Shown in pieces: positions 51,368 to 64,000 of a stretch of 64,000 nucleotides of DNA (the first letter of the stretch is position 1; every line of letters starts with the position of its first letter). The notes under the pieces were generated by a model. That model saw only the letters and a list, made by a program, of their open reading frames with translations, ran no database searches and was not told the DNA's origin. The position numbers were made by a program, and so were the translations under genes. Origin of the DNA: Chara braunii (lineage: Eukaryota > Plantae > Charophyceae); NCBI GenBank assembly GCA_003427395.1, contig BFEA01000034.1:3224194-3288193 (forward strand), written 5' to 3'.

Positions 51368-52070
51368 ACCACCAGCACCTCCGAGCCTGTTTTTGCCGAC
51401 CCTGACTTTTATTGCGCTCCGAGTTTTGCCGAGCCTGGGTCCCACTCCACTGGCATTTCTTTATGGTACTCTCACGGGAAGAAAAAAAAAAAACAAAAAA
51501 AAGTTGCGGTCGTGAAAACTCACAAAACAAGAAAAAAAAACAAAGCTCTAGACGTGATTGCAGTTGTATATATTCTCGGAAGTGTTAGTGTGAGTGTACC
51601 CTCAGTGAGGGCATCTCAACCCCGTGGCCAAGTTGTCAGATTATTCCAGAAACTCAAAAAAAAAAAAAAGCAGGAACATGGATTTGACCGTGAAAATGGC
51701 AAGATACATTTCCGTAAGTGCCAGTGTGATCAGGGTTACAATCCTCTGAGGGGACACAGCTCGAGCAGATCACGGATTCAGATTGTCAGATTCCAGAAAA
51801 AAAAAACAAGAAAAAAAAAAGAAACATGAATTCGGCCTTGAAAACGGTTGGATACATCAGGGTGACAATCATGTGAGGAAACATAGCTAGAGCAGATCAC
51901 GGATTTCGCCCTGCCTCGTTGGAAGGGGGCACATAATAAACAGAAGAGAAATTAAAAAAAAAAAAAACTACGATTTTTTGAACATTGCCGACCCTATGTC
52001 CGAGCCCCGAAAACTTCGGGTACTTGCCAAGACAACGTAATTTCCCAATACTGGCGGAGGTACTGGTGGT
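51368..52070. mobile_element. TTAA-targeting non-autonomous DNA transposon (piggyBac- or Kolobok-like)
   Basis: TTAA|accaccagcacctccg ... cggaggtactggtggt|TTAA (16-bp TIR, 1 mismatch), interrupting a host MITE. Confidence 0.75.
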
Positions 52071-55000
52071 TTAATGCAAAATTGGGGAAAAAAATTCAAA
52101 AAATAATAAAATTGTTTAGGCCCCAAAATAAAGTGAAAACAAAAAGTAACAAATGAAAAAGAACAAAATAGTGACTGGGTGAGCACGTTTTGATATATCC
52201 ATCTTTGGAGATTTCTAAGTTTTATTTGGCTAAACAGAATGACTTCAAATTTATAGACATATGCCTCACATCATAGAGAACTAACAAAAAATATTCAAAA
52301 AATATATATATATATATATATTTTTAGGCACCGAAATAATTTTTGGAGGTGGCCGGAACGCTTCAGGTTCGAACCCCGAACGTGACCCCGAACGCCCGAA
52401 CATATGGAGGCCCGCTCGGGAACCGCCGTACGTACGGGCTGGTAAGCCTAATTATATAACTATTTAGATAATAAAAAAGAATTTGAAAAGAAGATAGTCT
52501 GTATTTTAAATTTGATTCATATTCATCTTGATTTGATTCATATTCTTATATTCTCATTAAATAAAGATAACATTTTAATTATAGTTTATATCTCTAATTA
52601 TAGTTTCTTTATTTTTATTTCTAAAGTATAATTTATAATTTTTTGATAAAATATTGAATTATATGAATAAAATCTATAGATATATATAGATATAGAATAG
52701 TTGTAAAAAAGTACAAACATAAATATTTAGGGATAACTATTAAATATTTATCAATTTGGGACGCGACCTGATACCGTTTCCATAACTTTTGATGATAATC
52801 AATAGGTCTAGCTTAGTTTGTACACCCGTGCAATGTTGAAGTACGAACCCGAACTCGAATTCCACAAGAAGTAGCTTGGTAAAATATAGCAATTCTGAAT
52901 TACAGGGGCTTTTTTGTTCGAGGATGATATTTGAAGGTCGTCGCCGGGAACTTCGTCCTTCGAGGCATCCGTTAAGGTTGGAGTGAGACGTTTAGCGTGA
53001 CCTAAGGTTTAATGTTAATATTTTTATCTTTTTCCGTGAACTTTTCTTAAGAAGAAGGTAGGTTCATTATGAAGAGGAACGGAGAGTTCCTAGACTACCA
53101 ATTGCGACTTCGCTGGATGACGGATTAGTCAAAAAGCTCCGTCTACAGACGAGGAGTTGGGAATATAGGTCAATGACACGATGGCGGACCGGTAATTTAA
53201 GACCAATCACTGTTGACTATGCATGTTGATATGGGAACGCAATGCTAAGATAAAGAAGAAGAAGACGAGGGAGAGGAAGATAAGAGAGAGGAAGAGGTGG
53301 TTGCCTTCCTCGTGACCCTTATCCGGGGCAAAGTGTACGTCATTGTGGGGCTCTCCTAACGCAGTGTGACTGTTACCAAGGGTCGAGTGCTGCCATTGCG
53401 CTCCTCGACACAGTCCAGGTGCTCGCCCTCGTGCTCATCTCCGCTTTGGCCATCGTGACCGTTGTGCTCGATAGCAGACACACCTTCCCACGTTCTGGCG
53501 GAAGGATTATTCGTATGTCTAAGTTTGGCCACGCGCACAGCAGAATGGAGGTTGCCTTTATGGCAATGTACCTGCCTATATTCTAGCGGAAGATTCATTC
53601 TTATTTTACGCATTCGATGGGTGATGACCGTGGCGGTAACAGATGGGTAACGGACACATGTGAGAAAGGGAGAGAGACACGAGATGCGGGGTGCACTTTG
53701 TGGAGGGGGCAGCAACATGTGACTCTGTTTGGTAATGGACCTTCGCAATTGTAGCGGAATATTTTTTTTCTCATTATGCACATTTCATTGGAGGGAGGAG
53801 ACAGTGGGGATCTGCTTGTAGGAGATCAGGCTGCTGCTCTTGGTCGATCTCGAGATCCCGGCCTTGCTCCTCGTGGTGGTTGTGTTGGTAATCATAATCA
53901 CCATCTCGCTCACGATCGTAGTTGCGATCGTGATCCTAGTGCTCCTCGTTATAATCGCCTTTGTCATGACCGACATCGCCTCCATCATGGTTCTCATCCC
54001 TGTTGCTTGTGGTGGTGTTCGTGGTTGATGTGCTATTCATCATCCTGATCTCATGGTTGTGGCTTGTCTTGCTCGCGATTTTCTTCCCATTCATTTTAAC
54101 TACTCCGCTTTAAATCTTTTCCCCGCCTGTTGTTCCTTGCAGTGTTTCGTCGCTAGCAACGTTTCGCACGTGTGTGCTTTTGGGCATGGTTTGCCTTGAC
54201 TTACCTTTGGAGCGGAGGGAAAATTGACAATCATAGTAGGGAGGCAAGAGGTATATCTGGTACGACGCTATCGTAGTCGACAGGGAAAGGAGATGGGAAC
54301 GGGGACAAAGATCTAGGAGGGAGAGTGAGAGAGAAAGTATTTACTACCAAAGACTGGTGATGAGGGATAATCCAAAAGTGGAGTTGCAATACCAACCTGC
54401 TCGTTAACCTGGCAGGGAGATTGACAAGGTATCGGATGAGATCTTAGAGGAAGATTTTTATCTCATTTCCAAGTGGGTGGCACCGTGGCGGTTAAAGCCC
54501 CGAAAGTTCTCATTTGCCTTGACACTCAGATTCAACATATCAGAGTCCGTCTTCGTTGTGGAATATCGTTGAGCTCTTTGTACTCACCTTCATTGTACGC
54601 CCATCGGGCTTGCCGTATGCGTATTATACTCGTGATCCTCATAGTAGCGGTTATCCAAGTTTTTGTGTGCTTGCAACCTCAGATTTATTCATCATGTTGA
54701 TCGCATTGCTGCCTGCATTATTTCGTCATGGAGGTGGTTTCCTCCTGATCCGTCATCTTTCGTCGTGTTTTTAAATTTCTTTTATGCAGCCCTGCTCCCT
54801 AAGTCCTTTCGGACCTGACCTTGTTGACTGGCTAGGTGCTTTGCTGAGAGGGCAAGAAGGATCGACTCGTAGAAGAAGAAGAAGAGGGAAAGAGAATTAA
54901 CGATCATGAAAAAGGAGAGAAAGTGCGTACATGATAGGTTGAGACGGTGATGCGGGATAAATCGTAGGATTGAGCTACATTGTTAAGCTGCACACTAACT

Positions 55001-56943
55001 CGGTATGGACGGGAATGAATCCCCCCATAATCTAGTAGGAAATTCATTCTCATTTTGCACAATTGTTGAAGAGCATAGTTGTCATCCCGATCCCGATTGT
55101 CCGATGTGGTGTTATTCATGGTTGTCGTCACCACAAGTTTTAAAAGGGTATCATTCCAATCTCAGTGTTGATTGTGCTCGTAAGGATCCTCATTCCACCA
55201 TTGGTCGGCCTCTGCATCTGCATGATCGCCACCTCCCCCCGTTGGTAAATACTCATTACCACCTATACTGGACAAAGTTGCTGCCAACACTGCTCGAAGG
55301 TGTGGCGGGTGTGTGCAAGGAGAAATAAGGAGAAGGGAGAAAGAGAGATGGCAAGAGGGAAGGGAAACAAACAAATACTTACCTAGCCGACCAAGCTTGA
55401 CCGTACTCGAGGTCGGATATATTAGTTGATGGCACTTGGATGACAAAGAGGGACCACGACAAGGAAAAGTGGATACTTACCACTGGTAGTATAACAATGG
55501 AATATATCCTTCCACATATTGAAGGAAAATTCATCTTCATTTAGTGGGTGACTGAGTGTTGTTCACCATCCTATCGATCGAAACTTTGCTTTAAGTTATG
55601 AAGTTGCTTGTCGGTTTTCAGATTGCTCAGAGTTTCGTAAATGCCCGTGCTCATGATCGAGAGCACGCGTGTTTGAAGTTGAGGAAATGCGGTCGTGCAA
55701 GTAAACTAGTACAAAGGGTAGAAAGGGGAGGGGGAAAGTAGTGAGAGAGAAAAAGAGTTAAAGTGATAACATTTACATGGTGGTGAAGAGTTAGCGACGT
55801 TGATCATCATGAAACCTCCCTATTGAAAAACTTGTTGTTGTTGTGGGCTATTATAACACACGGTTTAACAACGACTTCGTCAAAACGGACATTTTATATT
55901 CTTTGTTTATTTTACAAAAAAAAAAACACCGTTTGTCTCCTGAGGGTCCATTTGGACTTAGTTGAAGTTCAGGTACATCCAAGGGGGACCCTAAGGAGCT
56001 GGAACAATGACATTTTCAGGGTTAAATAAGTGGGTTTCGATTTCGTTCAAAAAATATAAAATGTATATTTTAACGAAATCGTTGTTGTTTTGTCTCCAAA
56101 ACTTCACACTTCTGCTCCTGATTGGAAAACTGGGACTGAAGTGGCATCCACAATTAGTAAACGTTGCATTTTGTGGTTGGCCACCATTGCGGAGCCCTCA
56201 GGAGTTCAAGGCACCTCTCGCGCAAGTCTGAGAGCACCCTTCTTGTATCTGAGAGACTCAATGACATCTACTTCTGCCCGTTTTACTCTAAGTCTTGTCT
56301 AATTGACTCGGCGAGGATGGTCGAAGGCAGGATTGCAACTCGTTATCCACAGGACAAACTTGTGGGAGGTAAGCCCATCATTGTGGGACCTTTGTCGGAT
56401 CCCATACGGGGTTCTGGAGGCAGGGGACCCTCCGGTATAACTTCATTTTACGCGAGTGATCCCGTATTTCTGTAACTCTACCACTTTCTATTATAACTGA
56501 GACTGAAAGTATGATTGAAGTTATTTATTTTAGTTTACTTTTATTTCAGGATTCACTACGAAGTAAAGGAAATTAAGTATGCATGAAAATCAAATTATTT
56601 GTCTGTTTGAATTAAGAGAAAAGGATAGGGAGAAAGAGTGAGGAAAGTCTTTTGATTGTGTGTGATCGGGTTAACGAAAGGCTAAATCACTCTTAGTTGA
56701 ATGGTCTAGTGTCATTTGTTTGTTGGGTTCAATGCTTGACCTTCAGAGATTGAGCCTATCCTAAGTTGGACAATCCTGTCGCTTGTTTGTTTTGGGGGTT
56801 TTGAATAGGAGGACGAATGTTCTTTAGTTAGGAGACTCATATTCCTTTTGTTTTCTTTTGAGTTCGTGAAACAGGAATGGGGACATTTTAAGTTGCGTTA
56901 ACCCAATTATGTGTATTTTTCATATGCGGGGACAAATGCACGA

Positions 56944-57963
56944 GACTAGGCGTACCCCTAAGTTAGGGTGGCATAATCATAAGTTATTAAATTATCAAAT
57001 AATCGAAGTATAAAATTTGATATACATATATTATATATATTTATATCATCCGGCAGAATGAACAACCTATGTTGAGAGGTCTAATCAGTAAGCCGGTCAT
57101 GACAAAAAAGGAAGAAATGTAAATTCGGAGTATATCTGAAGGCAACCCGGACAGACTTAACGTACCCCTAAGTTGAGGCGGTTCATCATTATGCTTGTGA
57201 TAATATAAAAGGCAGAGAATTAGTATAAAAATATTTTATTAAACATGATTAAGGCAGCATTGGATGTCTTTCTAAGTGGGGGAGTGTAATCATCTGCCTA
57301 ACAGAGAAAAAAGTTATAAAGTTTTCAAAAAAATATTGTTTTTTGTTTAAACTGATTTTACAGAGGCTTAGCGTACCTCTAAGTCTGAGCGGTTTAGTCA
57401 TACGTTGTCTGTAACGTTGTTTAGGCAGATTGGATGTACCCTTAAGTTGGGACGGTCTGATCACATTACCTTATATATTTAAACCTGCTTAGGCTAACTG
57501 GGAGTACCCCTAAATTGGGGCGACCTAGTTATATGCCCTATGTCGTTGATGTGATGCGGGTTGAACGTACCCTTAAGTTAGGGCAGTCTGACCATTCATC
57601 GTTTGTGATTATTTAGGCAGGTTAGACATACCCCTAAGTTGGGGCAGTCTAATCCTATGTCATATGTTATTTCGTGTTTAAGGTTGACTATAGATACCCC
57701 TAAGTTGGAGCAGTCTAGTCTTATACTTAATGTCGTCAGTTAAGAAGAGGTTGGATATACCCCTAAGTTGGGGCGGTCTGGTCATATGCTTCATATCCAT
57801 GGTTTATGTTGGGTTAGGCGTACCCCTAAGTTGGGGTGGTATAAACATACATTGTCTGTCATGTAAGTTAGGCATACCCCCAAGTTGGGCCAGTCTAGTC
57901 GTGCGTATCTTATTCTCTCGTTTAGGCAGGTTGGTCGTACCCCTAAGTTGGGGCGGTCTGACC
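56944..57963. repeat. Array of ~35-bp palindromic repeats with variable spacers (10 regular units 57365-57963 plus ~4 outliers)
   Basis: Core gtacccctaagttggggcggtct at 57365, 57428, 57496, 57559, 57620, 57686, 57749, 57812, 57866, 57929. Confidence 0.9.
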
Positions 57964-59119
57964 TTATGCCATATGAAAGGGGATAAAAAAAGGGTTCAAA
58001 ATTTTGAGAGACCAACGAACTACTTGGCCAAAACAAATGTGGGATTGTAAGTAATATTGATTGTGTTTGTTTGATAGAGACACTAGTTTGGGACATCTCT
58101 TGATAACTTAGTTTTCTTATATGCTCGCCGAGTGTTGGAGTCATAGGCAGACTATAATAGATGACGAGAAGAAAGTTTGAGATAAGATATGACTGACATT
58201 ACTAAGGGTTATGACTGATGCTAGCTCACGATATCATCTTCAAAGAATTATTATATATACTATCTCTAGTTTTAATTATCAGGTGATTGTCAGAAGTTAG
58301 TTTCAACTATAGTTGTATTTTGCTTTCACATTTTCAACTTTGTATAAATTTTGGCAGTCTCTTTTTCCTACGAAAAACGTTAACGAAATTTTTATAAATT
58401 TGAAAGAGTTTGTCATTTTAGGGTTCATAAAAATCTTTATAAGACACTTTTCTTACGTGAAGCGCTGTCGAAATTCAATAAAATTTAAAGAGTTAGTTTA
58501 TTTCCTGCTTGAAAGACATAAACAATCTACCCTATCTAAGAGAAATGTTGCCCAAATGTCTAGCAACCTCTGGTGCGGGTTGATAACAAAGAAAATGATA
58601 ATTAGTAAAAGATTTTGATTATGATAGAGAACAAATTCTTTATGTATCCTTAAGTGAAACAATTATGTTTTTACTTTTATTGTAACACAGATCTGTGTTT
58701 GACAATAAATTTGATTAGTTCAGTTTGATCCATTACGGATCAATCATCTTCTGTCATCATTTGATAACGGGTCGATTTACGACACAACCTTTATCACCTG
58801 CTTCTGCATCTCAACCTGAAGCCTTAGCCCCCTTGCGTTTTATATGTTTTTTTAGATTTTCACCCAAACTTTTTTCTAAATGTTCATTTATAAAGACTGA
58901 ATATCTTTGTTATGGAATGGTGGAAAACAGTTGGGCCGTGTGTGGATAAGGTGGGGTATGAGTCGCAGGGAATGGTAAAGTTAACTCCCTTAGTGCGTGG
59001 GATGTTATTGCTCAATTTTGTATGATTGCAGGTATGTGTGGAAGGTGATGGATCAAAGCAATCATACGATTGGGTGGGTGGGATATTGTTGCTCAATTTT
59101 GTATGATTGCAGGTATGAT

Positions 59120-59188
59120 CAGCATTCACCCAATTCACAAGCAATCAGATTGAGTTTTTGTGATTGCTTGTGAATTGGGTGAATGCTG
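59120..59188. other. Perfect 28-bp inverted repeat with a 13-nt loop
   Basis: cagcattcacccaattcacaagcaatca / tgattgcttgtgaattgggtgaatgctg. Confidence 0.9.
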
Positions 59189-61255
59189 CTGGACAAACCC
59201 TATGAATATTTGTGAGAGTGATCGTATGATGCCACACAAGCCCTTTATCTGATTGATTCAACCCATGTATTTTGAATGGTCGAGGGCACACGCGCAGACA
59301 TATTTTTGATACCTACGATGATGCGCACTGTTAATTACTATTTGAATTCATTGGTCGGATATTCATCATGAACTTGAAATTCGAGGTCCTTGTTCAAAAC
59401 ATTTCAGGTTCTTGTTCGAAAAAAAAAAAATCCCCAATGAGTTGAACATTTGCACTTCGCCCCTCGTAGCGCTCTTTTTAAGGGTCAAAGATGTCACGAG
59501 GGTTTAAAAGTTCATCCTTCAGCCGTTCTATATCGTGAAGGATACTTCCTTCATAATACTTCATTTCGAACACTTAACTGCATTGCTCAACATTGACACC
59601 TGCAAAGGGTTACACGATTGTGGGTAACCCCTGAAGCATTTCCATAACAATCGATTGCATAAATACGCATAACCGAGTGTTCTGGTTTCCTCCACGTCGA
59701 CGTTTGTTTTAAACATTAACGTGCGGAGCACAACAGAAATTCTCACGCAAAATAAGTTGTGGGTCAGAACCTTCGCAAAAAGAGACTAGGCGCGATTAAC
59801 CATTTTTCTTGTGCACGACTGTCATAACTAGCGCACACACGTGTTAAGCATAAACCAAGGTATGAACGTTTACTTGTTTACGCGCGCGCGCGATAATTTG
59901 CTTTTCTCGTTTAAAATGATTTTGGTAGAACGATAGAGTTCCGGGTAAAAGGCTTAGTGTATTGTTGGTGGTCCGCCAAACAACTTACCATCACTCCAAA
60001 TTTTTTTCTGCCCTCAATGCCATCTTACTCTACATCACTTTGGGGCACAACAAAGTGTCGAAGATGGCGGGGTGTTCGGTTTGTTCCTATGCTCGTTAAG
60101 GGGCTTACTTTTTTATACATGCGTCAACTGACACTTGAGCATCTAATGAGAGTCCATGTTTCAGAGGGGATTGCATGGTTGTGGGCACCATATAGTACTC
60201 CATCGTCACGACTGCTCACGTATTCGCACATGGCTAGTCGGTATGATAACGCTCACGCCGCCATAATTATTTATACAAATTTTCGCGCGCGGCGTTTACA
60301 TATTCATGCACCAAAATGAGTTGTGTGTTGAGTGAAAGAAGGGACTAGGCGCCATTTCCGCATGGACTTGAGTTTCATTCAAAAGTGTATCGCGTGGTTA
60401 GACTGGTCGTCCTAGTCAACCGGAGTAGAATCGCGTTTGGGAGATCAGCGCCTCAGGTAACTATTCGCACACGGGTCCGATTCCGCCATTAACCGCAACC
60501 CCCATGCTACAACGAATGAAAAACGCCCTCGGTTGGGCCACGTCTGCAATTGCATACGAAAAACTTTCGCACGTGGTTTGGTAGCTCGGCGGGGATACGC
60601 CCACCCAAGGGATGGTGAGAGCGCCCGCAGGTGGAGGTAAGTTGTGTCTCGCGTGACCCTATCTTGTTGTAGGGGTTCGTGAGAGGTACGACTGCTGCAC
60701 TAAGCTGGAGCGGCAACACCCTATGAGGTCCTGCAAAATCTTGCATGATGCGGCCGGGAGGGTTCCCCTGCGGGACCGATGCGCTCGACAATGGGGGAAG
60801 CTTGCATGCACGACACCAACGTAGAAACAAAAAGGCGTCGAAACAGTTACGCTACGTCTAACCCACCTCTAGAACTCGTTCAAGATTGAAAATTTCAAAA
60901 GCAATATCTGCACATGAAATTGAACGTGCAAATTTCTATGCCTACTCCGATTCTTTCAGAAAATTCGCCGAGCTTTCCGAGACGGATTTGTGGACACTCA
61001 GGGAGAAGTGTGGCCGCAAATTCCAGAACTCCCAACTGCCGAACAAAGTTCCTCGTGCGCTCGCTAAGGTGCACATAATTCCTTCGTAAAGTTCATAGTC
61101 GTTGAAGGAAAACATAAAAATTTCGAAAATCCTGAGAAAGCAAAAACATTTCGAAGTAAATAGGCATCGGCGGCTATTGGACCCATGCATTACCCGCCAA
61201 TCGAAAAGGAGATACCTCAAAGCTCATTAAGGCCTAAAAAAAAAAAAAGGGTAGC

Positions 61256-61353
61256 TTTTTTTTTTTTTTTTTTCCGATGGACCACGGATCAGATATTAAA
61301 CTGATCAGAACAGATACTACACTTGATCTTAGCCAAAAGGCCGAGAAAGGTAT
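61256..61353 (-). pseudogene. U2: 3'-truncated, polyadenylated U2 snRNA retrocopy
   Basis: Minus strand atacctttctcggccttttggctaagatcaagtgtagtatctgttct... is the plant-type U2 5' end (80 nt), followed by A18; TSD agggtagc (61248-61255, 61354-61361). Confidence 0.95.
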
Positions 61354-61738
61354 AGGGTAGCATTTCCCGTCAGCCGAACATAGGGTTTCAGAAGTTCGCT
61401 CAAGCGCGGGGGTTGGCACATCACACACTAACAAGCTACAACATTTCCCGTTCACTGAACAGTTGTCCCACCATCGTGCCTGCGAGGACAAGGAGGGAGT
61501 TCATGAAAGAGAACTACACCAGTCGAGTCAAGAAGCACACATGAGTTCGTTCATAGGTTCCGTATTGCTTCCCTCATCACTCTCGAGATTCCCTACCTGG
61601 CTCCAGTTGCTCTAGATACTACAGGACACAGCTACACGACACCTAAACTACTCCTCTGTCCACCTCAGTTCGAGGTGGACTGTAAGAAATTGAGGCAACA
61701 CCAGGGGTTTGATGGGCCACCCTAACAAAGCAGTACTA

Positions 61739-61843
61739 CCGTCTTCCCCCGAACATAACGCACCCTAAAAATGAATGTTTACAAGCTATATTTCCGGCCA
61801 GATACAGCCAAAATGAGCGTGCGTTGTGTTCGGGGGAAGACGG
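61739..61843. mobile_element. 105-bp pogo/mariner-like MITE
   Basis: TA|ccgtcttcccccgaacataacgcac ... gtgcgttgtgttcgggggaagacgg|TA. Confidence 0.85.
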
Positions 61844-61971
61844 TAGGGAGCACTAATGAAGACGAGCAGCATTTCCCGTCCGCTGCATAGTCGTCCCACA
61901 ATCGTGCATGTGAGGACAAGGAGTGAGTTCAAGAAAGAGAACTACCTCATCTCGCCTTCACATCGGTCGAG

Positions 61972-62395
61972 TCAGCAAGCACACATGAGTTCGTTCACAG
62001 GTTCCATATTGAAGACCAGGGGACAAATGCCCCTGAGTCGTCTTGTCAGATATGTTGCAGCTCCTGGCCCTTGCCGCCTGATCTTCCCCACAAGCACCTC
62101 CCTGCCTTCCATGATCGCATAGGATTCCTGGCCGAGGTACGACCAGTCAAAGTCAATGACGACAAGGAGCTTTGGTATGACTCCCTCAGCAAACGTCAAG
62201 TTCTCGTCGTGGTCAAGTTCTAGCAACAGAGCCGCTTCATTTTCGCGTTCTGCTATCCCTCAACACCCAGATGCTGCTTGGGACTCCTGCATTTTTGTTT
62301 CTCAGCCTAGCTCAGTTGGTACACCCATGAACTGTTGAAATGCAGAGCTCAAGTTGGATCCCAATGAACTCAGATGAGTAAATAACTCTGCATTT
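61972..62395 (-). pseudogene. Possible decayed coding exon of unknown protein; its distal part is duplicated at ~61435-61567
   Basis: Protein-like frame with scattered stops (VNAELFTHLSSL...LELDHDENLTFAEGVIPKLLVVIDFDWSY); no family recognised. Confidence 0.3.
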
Positions 62396-64000
62396 ACCTG
62401 GGGCTATATATATTTTTCTCTCACCTCGCATATTTTTTAACTGGCTTCTGCCATGTCATGGAACATATCTTTTCCTTTCACTACCTACCTACCACCACTC
62501 CTAAGGCTATACAGGGGACCCCTGCAAGAGTAGCTTTCTACCTCTCTTCTTCGGTGAGGAGGTAACGACACCTTTATTATTTTCCAGAACGTCAACAACG
62601 TAAGCAAGTATCCAGCTGATGTGTCTGAATGGTACATCCCGTCGAGCGAGGAACTGTAGATTTGCGTTCGAACCTGGCCGATGATGGCATCTCAAGGCCG
62701 TCGTCCAAAAGAAAAATAGAAGGGAAAAGAAAGCAATGTAAACAAGGGGGGGCAGGGGCAAACAAGGGGGGGGGCAGGGGCATGCACCGCAGTGCCGACG
62801 TGAGATTTTCAGATCGGATGGCAGGAACCCGTGCGTACCCGAAAGCAAACCCCGGCAAGTGCGGCATGGCCACGAGACAGATAAGCCCACCAACGTACCC
62901 TGACGCAGGGTCGGGCTCCAGCGGTGCGACGCTGGAGCTACCATAGCACGAATCTCGGCAGTTTTCATGACTGGGTTCATGCTTTGTGAGGACAAACATG
63001 GCACCAGAGGTGCCTGCTGGTGCTAGGGGCGAGCTGGGAGCCCAAGAGGTCTCCTGCACTGCAATACTTTGAACCTTCGGAAATTTCGAACTGGACGGTA
63101 GGTGGATGAGGGCAAACTCACCCTAGGCTCTGGAAGTGATTGCCCTCAGATGCATCCAGGACCGGCTGTAATTGTGGTCAGATACATTTAGAAAAGTGCT
63201 AGTGTGAGTATGTGCTGCCGCTCCCGGACCTGACGGTCCCGCCGATGGTACATGGCAAGGAAAATTCTCACATCGGTGGTGTGATACGGGGCGGAGGGCC
63301 CCCCCTCTCTCTCTCACTCCCTCGCACTCCCGTGGGCGTGGCAAAAAGATGTAGGGACGTTGTGATTGGCTAAGTTATTCTGTTTTCGGTTATTAAAAAC
63401 ACAATTTGAAAAACCGAAGCGGCATCCAAAAGGGAAAAAAGAAAAGGGAAAGACCTCGCTCATTTTTAAGGGGTGGGGGAGGAGAGGAGAGGGGAGGGGA
63501 GGGGAGGGGAGGGGAGGCGAGAGGGGAGGGGAGGGGAATCCTGTTTTCCCCGAAAATTCATTTGTGTTCAAGTGGTAGCCGGATCCAACCTACTGCTTTC
63601 TACCCACCACCACCATCTACTGCTGAGGGCGGGGCAGGGTGCGTAGATACCGTCAAAACGCGAGAATTTTTTGGAGTACTAGAGAGAAGAAACAGTTGGT
63701 GTGTGTTCCGGCCCGGAGGCGTGAGTAGACGAGACGACCAGCGACGCAACGTCAACTCTTGGAGATCAACGTGCGAAGGAGGAGAGGACAATCGTGCGAA
63801 GAAGAGGGCAATCGTGCGAAGAAAGATGGAAGTGAGTAATGTGTGCAGTTGTCACGGACTTGTGTGAAGGGGGGGAGAGGGAGGGCGAGGCGATCCAGAC
63901 TGACGAAGTTGTCTCGTGGTGTGTGTTTTGTCATGTTCGTGTGTGTGTGCATGTGTGTGTGTAAGAGATAGATAGATAGATAGATAGATAGATGGAGAGA

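Noticed and set aside
57365-57963. True CRISPR array
   Set aside because: Eukaryotic context, no cas genes, degenerate repeats and partly related spacers; kept only as a CRISPR-like hairpin array

Overview
Eukaryotic, repeat-saturated sequence with no intact cellular gene. The plant-type U2 snRNA and the retroelement type suggest a green-lineage genome, possibly the charophyte Chara (inference). The window is dominated by four divergent, co-oriented (+), decayed Penelope-like retroelements (PLEs) of the permuted N-terminal-endonuclease type (GIY-YIG, CxC linker, RT; Chlamys/Naiad-like), each bounded by direct pseudo-LTRs. Unusually, all four carry an extra upstream gag-like ORF1 (CCHC knuckle, coiled coil, SAP/HeH-like motif, acidic tail), and three have minimal type I hammerhead ribozymes in their pseudo-LTRs. 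The 3' pseudo-LTR of element 4 is split by an 8.3-kb insertion with a 9-bp TSD whose arms are inverted 80-bp/320-bp higher-order satellite arrays (foldback-like transposon). Also present: a CRISPR-like array of covarying 35-bp hairpins (57.4-58.0 kb), a 3'-truncated polyadenylated U2 retrocopy with TSD, a decayed LSU rRNA fragment, hAT-like, pogo-like and TTAA-type MITEs, and microsatellites. All calls were made by eye, without database searches.
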